This document shows positions 53,670 to 64,000 of a stretch of DNA of 64,000 nucleotides, in pieces (position 1 is the stretch's first letter; every line of letters begins with the position of its first letter). A model generated the notes under the pieces. The model searched no databases and had not been told where the DNA came from. It saw nothing but the letters and a program-made list of their open reading frames with translations. The stretch lies in NCBI RefSeq assembly GCF_006345805.1, contig NC_043011.1, positions 49,984,464-50,048,463 of the forward strand, written 5' to 3'. This DNA comes from Octopus sinensis. Taxonomy: Eukaryota. The position numbers and the translations under genes were made by a program.

Positions 53670-53892
53670 CTGATGCAGTTTAATATTTCTCACAAGAAAG
53701 GCACAAGAGTTTATGAACTGTAGCAAATTCATAAAAACATATATAAATACATATACATTTAAACTTACAATTTCATGGACCAAATTTGAGATCCCAAACC
53801 TGTGAAATCCTCAAAATTATAATATACACATACTCAAATATCATGAAACGCACAATGTGTGTGTTATTATTATTATTATTATTATTATCATT

Positions 53893-54542
53893 ATTCAGTA
53901 GTTTTATTATTATAGCGTGCTTTCACTTCACTACCGAGTGCAGCTCTGTGTGCCTTGGGTATGTGCTGTGATTTGTTGTGATGCTCTGATGTTTATTGTA
54001 TGGAAAGTGTTCTGCGTAGGATGTGTGCAGTGCCTAGTAGTGCAATTTTCTGTATGTTATATGTGTTTGTAAGTCCTGGTGTTTTTGTTATGTATTTGTC
54101 TGAATATTTTTTATCATGCCTAATGCACCTACTATGATAGGAATTGTTTCTGTTTTCAGATTCCACATTCTAGTTACCTCTATTTCCAGGTCTTTGTATT
54201 TTGAGAGTTTCTCCATTTCTTTTAGAGACACGTTGTCATCTGCCGGTATTGATACATCAATTAGAAAGCATTTTTTTTCTTCATGATCTCTGACAACTAT
54301 ATCTGGTCTGTTGGCCTTAATTTCTCTATCTGTGTGTATCGGCATATCCCAGAGTATGGTTGCTTTCTCGTTTTCTGTGACCTTTTCTGGTGTGTGCCTA
54401 TACCATCTTTTTTCTGTTGTTATTCCATAATGTTGGCATAGCTTCCAATGTATGTAGGTTCCAACTCTGTCATGTCTGTGAATATATTCCTTCTTAGCCA
54501 GGACTGGGCAGCTAGAGATAATATGATTTATTGTTTCTTGTC

Positions 54543-54544
<2 letters not shown>
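53893..54544 (-). mobile_element. Second R4/Dong-type LINE copy, 3' ~650 bp
   Basis: Near-identical to 48090-48752; ORF RPDIVVRDHEEKKCFLIDVSIPAD; (TTA)n at both ends. Confidence 0.9.
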
Positions 54545-54593
<49 letters not shown>

Positions 54594-54604
54594 CATTATT
54601 TATG

Positions 54605-54780
54605 TATATACCAAAGTAAGCACATAAATGTGAAACAAGGTGGAAAAAATAGTACTCGTATAACAGAGGTAGAGTAATATGATTTATGAAAAAGCAACAA
54701 AAATCGTCCGACGAACGGGAACGTGAAACTCTGAGTAACAGTTTTTTGTGATATCTTTGGTGCTTTTTAATAAAGTATAT
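54605..54780 (+). ncRNA. Family H3 copy lacking most of the left arm; hammerhead-like motif exposed
   Basis: aaaatcgt CCGACGA acg-ggaa-cgt GAA actc-t-gagt A acagtttt (54699-54746); flanks homologous to 25885-26085. Confidence 0.65.
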
Positions 54781-54871
54781 ACATATGGAGGGCCATGAAC
54801 ATTCTCGTATAAGATACTAAAGAAATAATCAATCTATGGGGATAGATAGATAACAATTAATATATTCTTAC

Positions 54872-55017
54872 CCACCCTGACGTCAGTATTTATTTTTATT
54901 TTGAAATCCCGTATAATCACGCGTAATCTTGAGAATTCTGAGCCCAAATTCCTAAGTGGGTCGCTTGAGTAAGTGTAAATAAATTTTCTACATGAAACCA
55001 TTTGTTGCCCTGCTGCT
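54872..55017 (-). CDS. Candidate exon 3 (AAGQQMVSCRKFIYTYSSDP...INTDVRV)
   Basis: cttcaatttttag acceptor, g|gtaaga donor, 146 bp, phase 2 to 1, bridging exons 2 and 4. Confidence 0.35.
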
Positions 55018-56082
55018 CTAAAAATTGAAGACATTTACCCGCCAATGCAGTATCGAACACTCATTCTCATCATTCGCTACTAGTGAGCATGTAAATGTAT
55101 ACATCCATGTATATGTGTATGTGTGAATGTATGTATGTTTGTGTGTCCGTGTGAGTGTGTGTGTGTGTGTATTTTGTTGTCCTTTTTATTTTAGCTCCTA
55201 GTGGATACAATATTCTGAAAACTAGGCATTTCTAACAACACACTCGAATTATAAGTTATTTCTTGAACAATCCAATGATAACCATAGTGATAGTTCAACT
55301 TATATGAAGTTGATCTCCCCTATTAGAAGTCATGCACAAAGTTCTTCGCATTTTTATCAGGTTTTTTTAATTTATAAGGGGGTTCTATTTGTCCTGCTTG
55401 TCCTACTCCGGACACGCGCATATTTATATATACACCCGAGCATGCGCACAATGGATAGTTAGCTAATGTATTGAGATGAAGAATTCTTTCATTGTAGTGC
55501 TCAAAATATCAGAATGGTGAAGGGTTTCTATATTCATCATTCAAGGAACGACGTTAGAAGTGTTTCAATGTCGCATTAATTTCCGTTAGAGATTACCAAG
55601 TCACCGAAACAAGTGTTACGGGATTTCTCAACACACGCACGCACACACGTACACACGCGTGCAAATATGTACACACAGACACACACATATATACATTCAC
55701 ACACACACACACACACTCCGACACGCACACACACACGCATTCGCTTGCGTCAATGACTGTGTTGATGATTAGATATAAAAGTGGTGTGGTTTTTGCTGAG
55801 CCAGTATACCTCCCGTAAATATAATTGTTCGACAAATAAGCAACAAACTGAGATATGTATTGATTCTGATACGATGGCGTAAGAGTGTTGAAAAGAATTC
55901 CATTTCACGCCTCCCCGATACAATAAGTGAAATCTGCAAGGGAATTTTTTTCGCATCTTTATCGAGATTAACGATGATACGAAAAGTGTGAAAAAATAAT
56001 GATGCTGGCAAATTAATAAATAACAAAAATGTATCCAATAGTCAATAAAACTAATATTTAATATATTTCGAGAACTAGAGAA

Positions 56083-56460
56083 GACGCGGCGCAGGCAGAA
56101 TAGTTAGCACGCCCTGTAAAATCCTTAACAGCATTTCGTCCGTCTATACGTTCTGCTTTCATATTCCTTCGATGTCGACTTTGTTCTTCATCCTTTAGGA
56201 ATCGATAAAAGATGTAACAGTTGAGCAAAAGGGGGGCCAATATAATCGATTTGTCCTCTCACATGAACTTTCTGACATTGAGCCAAAATTTCAAACAAAT
56301 TCTAAGAAGGAGAGGTGGTATAATTGTTAGCAAGCCGGGTAAAATACTTTGCGGTATTTCGTCCGTCTTTACGTTCAGCGTTCAAATTCTGCCAAGGTCG
56401 ACTTTGCCGCTCATCGTTTAGGAGTCGATAAAAGATGTACCAGTTGAACAGTGGGTCAAC
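56083..56460 (+). mobile_element. Two tandem degraded SINE family C copies
   Basis: ttagcacgcc...atttcgtccgtct.tacgttc...gtcgacttt...gtcgataaaagatgta occurs twice. Confidence 0.7.
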
Positions 56461-56554
56461 GTGATCGGCATTGTACCAACATTTGAAACCAATATTGTAG
56501 AATTAAAGTTTTCCCCATCATATGGGAGTAGTATACTTTTATTACCACTGGTTG

Positions 56555-56699
56555 TATAAGGTTGTCCCAAAAGTTCGTAGAAAGTCTTGGAAAATAATGG
56601 TCTTTATTTTGAGGAATAAATTTTGTTGTTTTTGTTAGTACCTGGCGAGTAAAAATTCAATTTTCGCAAGTGTTTACGAACTTTTGGGACAACCTAATA
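56555..56699. mobile_element. Mariner-type MITE
   Basis: TIRs taaggttgtcccaaaagttcgta / tacgaacttttgggacaacctaa, TA-flanked. Confidence 0.85.
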
Positions 56700-56951
56700 T
56701 TAGAAAATTTAGCTTACATGCAATAATTATATTTTAGCATTTATTAAATTTCGAGGTTTAATAGAAAATGAATATCATCTTTCAAGAGTATATATTCATT
56801 ATAGTAGAACTGAATTAAATTAAACAAATTTATCATTTGCATAATACCTCCTATAAATACGTCTTCATTTTCTACCTCTCTCCCTCCTCTTCTCTCAATG
56901 ACCCTTTATCTCTCACTTTCTTTGTGTAGGAGGCGATGTTTTCCTCTTTAC

Positions 56952-57059
56952 CTGCTTCCTAACTGCGTAATTGAAATATTTTTCACTTCGTAGGTGACCG
57001 CGAAGGTCATGAGGGAGAACGGCCTGTTCAGGATAATGGACTTCCTTCCCCAAGTATAC
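56952..57059 (-). CDS. Candidate exon 2 (RYTWGRKSIILNRPFSLMTFAVTYEVKNISITQLGS)
   Basis: tctgtag acceptor, cag|gtaaag donor, 108 bp, phase 2 to 2, GC-elevated. Confidence 0.45.
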
Positions 57060-57537
57060 CTACAGATTTATAATATATTAAATTGGCCCGACTTGGAGCC
57101 GTCCAGGTGTTTTGCTGAGGCGAGAAGTCTGGTCGGGCAACAAGATTGTATGTTTGATTCCTAAATGGACTTGTGTAACAGGTTTATTGCCTCAAAATGG
57201 CTTTGTATATCGTTAATGTAAGCGATCTATTGCCTCCTTGATGCGTTATTATATAAGAGGTTTGTTGCCTCAAAATGTTTTATAAAAGAACAATGTGCTC
57301 GGGTAAACAGCAATCGACAGGCGATGCTGTTGCCCTCATTATTATCATATCGTTAATCATTCCATCCCATTATGTCCGTCTCCAGTCCGCAGCTTCCTTT
57401 CTTTGTAAAGCCCTTGTGGCCAATTAAACGATTAAAACTGAAATCTTTTTGCATCACATACGTTAAATTTCTCTCTCTCTCTCTCTTCTCTCTCTCTTTC
57501 TCCCTCTCTCTTACAGTATCTCTATAGGATATATCAC

Positions 57538-57641
57538 CTGTTCCTCGGACTTAAAAAGAGGATCTCTCCTCCGCCGTACTGCCTCGCTCTCCAAACATGG
57601 TGGATATCTTGCCATATATCTTTCAAAGCTTTTTCCATCAT
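57538..57641 (-). CDS. Candidate first coding exon (MMEKALKDIWQDIHHVWRARQYGGGEILFLSPRN)
   Basis: ATG at 57641, cag|gtgata donor, phase 2, matching exon 2. Confidence 0.35.
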
Positions 57642-57648
57642 GTCATGT

Positions 57649-58221
57649 TCAGTATTTTCGAGCTTCCTCGTCGTTTACACAGCTGTAGACGACTGTTCGT
57701 TTCGCTGTTGCTTCGAGCAGGTCATTCGGGGGTGTCAATTCTGCCCTCTTTCCATTAATTTTCATAAATTGTGCAACCTTGTTTAGTTTTTTTCTATTTT
57801 GCTCTCCATGGGATGTTAACCCATTCTTTGGCTGCCATAATATTTGTGAAAGTTTCTTTCCCATCGCTAACTCCATTTTTGTTAGACGCTTCGCAGTCGC
57901 TTTCAATACTGCTGTGTCTGCTAATGCAATTTTCCTTCCTTCCTCTCGCTTTTCCTCTTCTTTCATCTTGTCTTGCCACTTCACTTGTTGTTGTTGTTGA
58001 TGCTGCTGCTGCTGTTGTTGTTGTTGTTCTTCTTCTTCTTTTGTTTCCTGCTGTCTAGTACCAGTTATGGCGGGGAGGACGGCGGAATCCTCGTGCAAAT
58101 TGCCGTACCACCGTCCACTCTCACTCCTTCTTTCAATGTTTACTTCCTTCGAAGCAAATTTTCGAAGAAATTTGAATGCAAAACGCTTTGTATCACCCCG
58201 AAAATGGAGCTTTGGTAACAA
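57649..58221 (-). other. 190-codon ORF with polyQ/E tract, immediately upstream of candidate exon 1
   Basis: Mostly non-repetitive open frame ending 8 nt before the ATG of the candidate exon; no recognised domain. Confidence 0.25.
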
Positions 58222-58399
58222 ACGTCAGCACTCCAGAAGGGCAGCTGGTTTGCTAAACGATTTAACCAACAAAATAATGTATAGAAACTTTTAAAACAAG
58301 CGAATTAACTATAAACTTACAGCGCTCCAAAAACACACCTCCTTCTAGGCTATAGTAATAATAATCCTTTCTACAAGACCTGACAAGGGATGAGAGGAT

Positions 58400-58538
58400 T
58401 ACACTGACCCCAGTGCGTAAAATGTACTTAATTTATCGACCTCGAAAGAATGAAAGGCAAAGTCGATCCCGGTGGCTTTTGAACTTAGAACGTGAAAACA
58501 GACGTAATACCGCTAACGATTCTGCCAACCCGCCGCCT
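58400..58538 (-). mobile_element. SINE family C
   Basis: gaccccagtgcgtaaaatgtacttaatttatcgacc...aaaggcaaagtcga...cagacgtaataccgc...ccgccgcc. Confidence 0.7.
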
Positions 58539-58544
58539 TAATAA

Positions 58545-58750
58545 TAATAATAAGAAAAAAGAAGAAGGAAAGAAAGAATAATAAGAGAAGAAGAAAGAAA
58601 GATAATAAGAAGAAGAAGAAAGAATAATAAGAAGAAAGAAGAAAGAAAGAATAATAAGAAGAAGAAGAAAGAAAGAATAATAAGAAGAAGAAGAAAGAAA
58701 GAATAATAAGAAGAAGAAGAAAGAAAGAATAATAAGAAGAAGAAGACGAA
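58545..58750. repeat. (AAG)/(AAT) microsatellite with ~24-27-bp higher-order unit
   Basis: aataataagaagaagaagaaagaaag is repeated with slippage variants. Confidence 0.9.
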
Positions 58751-59466
58751 CAACAACAAAAAGTGCAGCAACAGCCACAACAGCCGTTCAAGAATTTGGA
58801 CCTGGAGATCTCCCTTTCCAGCGACTTCGAGGGCCTCCTCTCAGTGGTGTCGGGCGTCAATGAAGAGACCTCGACTACAGCAAGACGACCGAAGTTTTTT
58901 TTTTCCAAGGTCTGGGGTCTCCTGCCCCTAAGCCCTAGACCATCACCTAATCATCCTTACCCATCGTGTTGCTTAACAACAACAACAGCAGCAACAGCAA
59001 TTTTAAGAGCTCAGAAATTTTAGGGTGCAGGCATTTACTTCATTTCATCGACCTCCGCACTCGACTGGTATTTACTTTATCGACCCCGTAAACATGACAA
59101 AGACAGTTGACGTTGGTGAGATTTAAACACTGAAACGTAAAACTAATAGTAATTATTAATACTAATTAAATTTCATTTCATGTTCATGGTCTGTTTAAAC
59201 TGAATACTGAATAAAAAGAAAACCTTATCCAATTAACATTTTTTCTAATATTGGGTTTACTCGAATCACTTTTCATTTAACGTATCTACTCTAAGAAATA
59301 GCATTGATTTATTCTATGCGCCGTAATACTAAACGATTAAGATGTTTGGTTTGCAATCATGAGGTTCCAGTTTCAATACCACAACATAACAAACCTGAGA
59401 AAGTAATATTTCTATATTTCGTTTTTTGGTTTGCACGGTTCTTTATATGAGTTCGTGTGTTGAAGC

Positions 59467-59643
59467 ATATTCTGTTGTGTCTGAGGAGAGTCATTTTCTT
59501 TTTGTCCCTTATAATAATGTAACACACTCGCCGGTAAAATTTTAGGAAATTAAAAATAAGAATTCAGTGGAAATTTTAGCGGTGAGTGTGTTACATTATA
59601 AGGCACAAAAAGAAAATGACTCTCCCCAGACACAACAGAATAT
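59467..59643. repeat. Fold-back (inverted repeat), ~75-bp arms
   Basis: atattctgttgtgtctg...gtaacacactcgccggtaaaattt versus aaattttagcggtgagtgtgttac...cagacacaacagaatat. Confidence 0.9.
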
Positions 59644-60926
59644 TTCTATAGTTTCACTAATAGACTAATTTAATGAATCTAGTAAATATTGTACATTTAT
59701 GGTTAGAAATGCTGACCGAAATCTTTTTTATTTATTTTTTTTACTTATATATACTTATTGTTATTGAGTGTTTATATAAATTTATTCATCATTATTTATT
59801 GTTTATTTCTAGGAAGCCTGGAAATGGTATGCAAGGAAACCATCTCAATGGATGACTATTTAGCGGCAACATTGGATGACAAACTAAATTGATTGAGTTC
59901 CAAGCTGAATGTCTATGCAACCAGGAATACCGAAGCCAACCAAGATTGCTGGAAAAGAAAGAATTAAAGCAGTCTAAAGAGGATTATCTTTCGTCGTTAA
60001 AAAAAAGCAACAAACGGCAAAAACAGCGGATTTTACACCATTTTCTTTTACATTTGATAAGAAATTTCAAATCACCCATATATACACCCACAACGACGCA
60101 TATTCGTCACTCTAACTACCCGCTCATATCAAAAAGCACACACACTCTCATACACGAAAACACATACACACACACGCGTATATACACATATACACACATA
60201 TGTGTCTCCGTGTGTTCCTATATTTTTCTCATCTAAATACCATCTGTGATATATGAATATAACACGTCTTGTGATTTCGTAATTTTTGCCCCTGTCACGA
60301 CAACGTAAGCATAGTGCAATATGATGAATTATATCGAATTTTACAATCAAATTCATTCCAGTTCCTTCTGTTACACTTGTTTCATCCAACCGAAGTTAAT
60401 TAGCTTCAATAAGCATTGCAATAGAAATACCGATCAATTATATGATACGTGGATAATAACTAACATCTAACAGCATTTCAGCTTTCGATTGAGTGTTTGC
60501 GCATTGGTCAACAACCAGCAAACCTGGAGGAGTTCTGGCTTTTTAACTTTTCTCTTGTTTCTTTCTGGTCAAAGATGACCCATAGCAAATGATTTGCTTC
60601 TATAATTATTACTATCACCACTAAGAAACTCTGTTTTCCTTTGTCGTTCCTACTACTACTACTACCTTTACTATTGCAACTATTATTATTATTATTATCA
60701 TTATTTTTTTTTTCTTCAGCAACGAACTTGCATCTATTTGCTCTTGCTTTGCCCAGAATATTTCTTACAGATAAAAAAAATATAAATGTATTTATATTAC
60801 CTTAGGAGGAATTAAGTAAAATTTTTTTAAAACCATTACCGAAATTCCTCTTCAAAACACGCAGAAGAAAATGAAATGTATTGAAAACTCAATTACAGAA
60901 AAACAAAAAGAATTATCCAAGTGCTA

Positions 60927-60973
<47 letters not shown>

Positions 60974-63272
60974 GGAATATATATGTATACTCTTATACAT
61001 ATCACCAAGGCGTAATAAATAATAAGATAAACCAATTGAGCCCTAAGTATTATTCTAACCTGCAATTCTTTTTACGATGATAATAATGTGAAATAATTGA
61101 ACCAGTATTTATTCATAGTTCATAAATCATACTATTTAACAACGAACAAAAAAGCACCCGGCTTCTAATTTTTGCATCGTACCAGAAATTTGTTGGAAAA
61201 ATAAACGTGGATATTTTGAATTTAATCCACACTGATATTTGACTAACATTTTATTTCATCGGGGTACGTGAAATTTTCAGACTGAACCAATTAATGTGAA
61301 AATAAGCAAAAGTATAACTGTTGTGTTATATACTCCTATATTTTTTCATGGAAGAAGCTGTTCGAACACCGTCTACTGAAAAGTGTAAATATTTTAATTT
61401 CCTCTTGAATGTACTTCTTTGAAACTACCAAACAATTGTGGTTTTCTCTAACTAAAAACTGACTGAAATATTTTTTATGTCGCTTCAAGATAAGCAAGAA
61501 AACTTGAGATAGTTATTTTTGGAAAGTATGCGCAAGAAACATATACACATCTCTCCATTCTCACCAAATTTATCTTCATCGTTGTTATTAATATTTTTGC
61601 TAACAATGACAATAATTCTATTATTAATAGTATTAATACGACTATAAGCGTAATTTATAATATATTTATTAACACGAATTATGTACAAAAGAAAAGACTA
61701 ATACCTTCAAAGACGCATATGTATAAAATTATAATTCTCCTAATCTAGTGTTCCATTTTATTGAAAACCATTTCCCCCCCTCAGACTTGAATTATTTATA
61801 AAGCAAAAATAATAATAATAATAATAATAATCATATAAATAATAATCATTTCTGTTACTATCAACAGAAGAGTTATATTAAAAGAATATCAAAGAAACTA
61901 TTCTGGAATTTTCCACTACTCTGCATACGGAAATTTATAAGAATTTTTGAAAGAAATTGACCAAGTTTCTGGTGTGTATATATATATTATTCAAGCCAGA
62001 TTAATGGTAATTGGTAAAATATTCCTGGATATATTTCTGTACATTGAACAAAAGAATTATGACAGAATGACCTGTCAAAAGAAAAAAGGAAAATATTTAT
62101 ATTCATGGAAATCATATTATTAAGTTCTTACTTTGCCGAATTGGATGTATTTCTATGTGGAGTACCTAAAGAATATTAGTGAATATCGTGCTTGAGAGAA
62201 AATATTTTAATTCGCAAACATATTCATACATAGATACATGCATACATAGATATATACATATAATATATATATATATATATACATATATACATATATACGC
62301 ACGTACATACACATATATAAGTATTTGATTATTTTAATTTTAAGTTTAAAAAAGTATTAAATAACAGCCCACGCTGGAACACCACTACCATAGGAGACTG
62401 CATTAATCAAAAATTTACCCACCATGTTGATAAATATAAATGCTACATATATTTAAAATCTCTATTTATTAAACAAACCAAATTGTACGCATGTAGGAGA
62501 AAAGAAAAAGTTCACAGCAAAAGTAACAAAAAAAAACAAGCGGAGCGCCCTGTCATCGCAAAATAATAAAATGTTATTAGACCCAGCATGATTTGAACAT
62601 ACGAGCGCATCCTCGCATCAACAGGAAATGATCGTTGCAGGAAATACATAAGTATTTTAAAATACATACAAAAGCACACACACACACACACACATTCACT
62701 CTCACACATCTGCACAAACCTAAAAAGGAAATAATACATTTACATACACACAAACACACTCACATACACACACATATGTGTGTCTATATCCTCCATCTGA
62801 TATGATATTTAACAAGTTAAATGAAGAGCTAAAATACCAAGAATTACGTAGGGATATGTGAAGAATCCATACGATTAAGTAAAAGATATAAGCACATATA
62901 CACGGGTACACACCTGTCTCTATATATTTATATATACACGCATGACAAATGACGCATAATATTTTATCAACTCATAAAATAGAGTTGTAAATATATGAAA
63001 TATAATAGAATACAAAAGAATATCTTAATATTTTCATATTTTCTTTGACATTTAAAAGAAGTTTTAAAATATTTCTCCTATCAATTTAACACACCTACCC
63101 CCATACACACACGCGCAAGCATGTGGATTCACACACTCATAGAGACAAATAATCTTTTCTTGATTCTCTCTCTATCATACCAATTAGTTTGTGCGCATGT
63201 GTGTATTTCAGTAAAGAAACTGTATGGTAGTACAAAGTAGATACTGATAATTTATTACTATCTATCAATCCA

Positions 63273-63327
<55 letters not shown>

Positions 63328-63328
63328 C

Positions 63329-63372
<44 letters not shown>

Positions 63373-64000
63373 TAGATAGTTAAAACTGACTGGGCATTTA
63401 TTTGTATTGGGTATACTGCATTGAAGACAAAGTAGCATTCTGACTAAAAGTGGTCGATCGCTCTGTTAGAAGCAGATAGAATTAATGAGCCAATCAGTTT
63501 AGATCATACATTACCCTCTAAAATTAGGGCGGGCTGACAGTAGCAGATACAAAATTGTAGGATTGGATGGTGATGACAGGAATGCTTTTCCTTTCCAACG
63601 AAAAGCAATAAAAAATTGTATCTGTATGAAATTTCAATAATAATAATAATAATAATATAATAATATAAAAAACAGCAACATCAACGCATACATATACATT
63701 ATTCAGTCATCAATACGATTGATAAAAATAAATGTCAAAAACTATATTAACCTGTTCATCGTCCAGTCATTCGAATGGACATTACAATTAAGTGTTAAAT
63801 GATCTGTAGCAAGCACCCCATCACATAAACACTTACTGTGATATTCACATCGATGTCGTAGTGATTGGTGCGAAACGGCTAACAAGTAACGGGTTTCTTG
63901 GTGTTCTTCTTATTGTTATTGGTGTTGTTTTACTTTCGTTCCTGTTCTTGTTATCGATATTCTTGTTATTTTCAGTGATTGAAAAACCAGAGAAAAAAAT

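Noticed and set aside
55810-55934. Extra exon with a strong acceptor (ttcccttgcag)
   Set aside because: No donor gives a phase compatible with the neighbouring candidate exons; unsupported without RNA data.
85-62911. Many ORFs made of IY, VC, HT, YVCM, LLL or III runs
   Set aside because: They are translations of (TA)n, (TG)n, (TATG)n and (TTA)n microsatellites, which lack stops in some frames.

Overview
AT-rich eukaryotic genomic DNA saturated with (TA)n, (CA)n, (TAGA)n, (TATG)n and (TAA)n microsatellites. The SINE, LINE and microsatellite content points to an octopod cephalopod; that assignment is inference from recalled repeat families, not a database hit. I found no prokaryotic features, rRNA, bona fide tRNA or CRISPR array, and most ORFs in the track are translated microsatellites. 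Most of the window is mobile DNA: at least three tRNA-derived SINE families, three restriction-like-endonuclease (R4/Dong-type) LINE copies, RTE and CR1 LINE fragments, Penelope-like element (PLE) fragments (RT and GIY-YIG), three non-autonomous Helitrons, and a Tc1/mariner remnant plus MITEs. The most notable signal is about 10 hammerhead-ribozyme-like (type I) motifs in short repeats and fold-back structures. These include an ~820-bp palindrome (37245-38063) with an intact hammerhead in each arm, a 60-bp hairpin whose 7-nt loop is exactly the hammerhead core (25957-26083), and a U3-A8 variant inside a nested inversion (19859-20417). Small unique-sequence islands on the minus strand can be chained into a splice-phase-consistent gene model with loosely MAM-domain-like fragments, at low confidence. 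Indel-dominated differences between near-identical repeats suggest residual long-read consensus errors, so frameshifts here should be treated cautiously.
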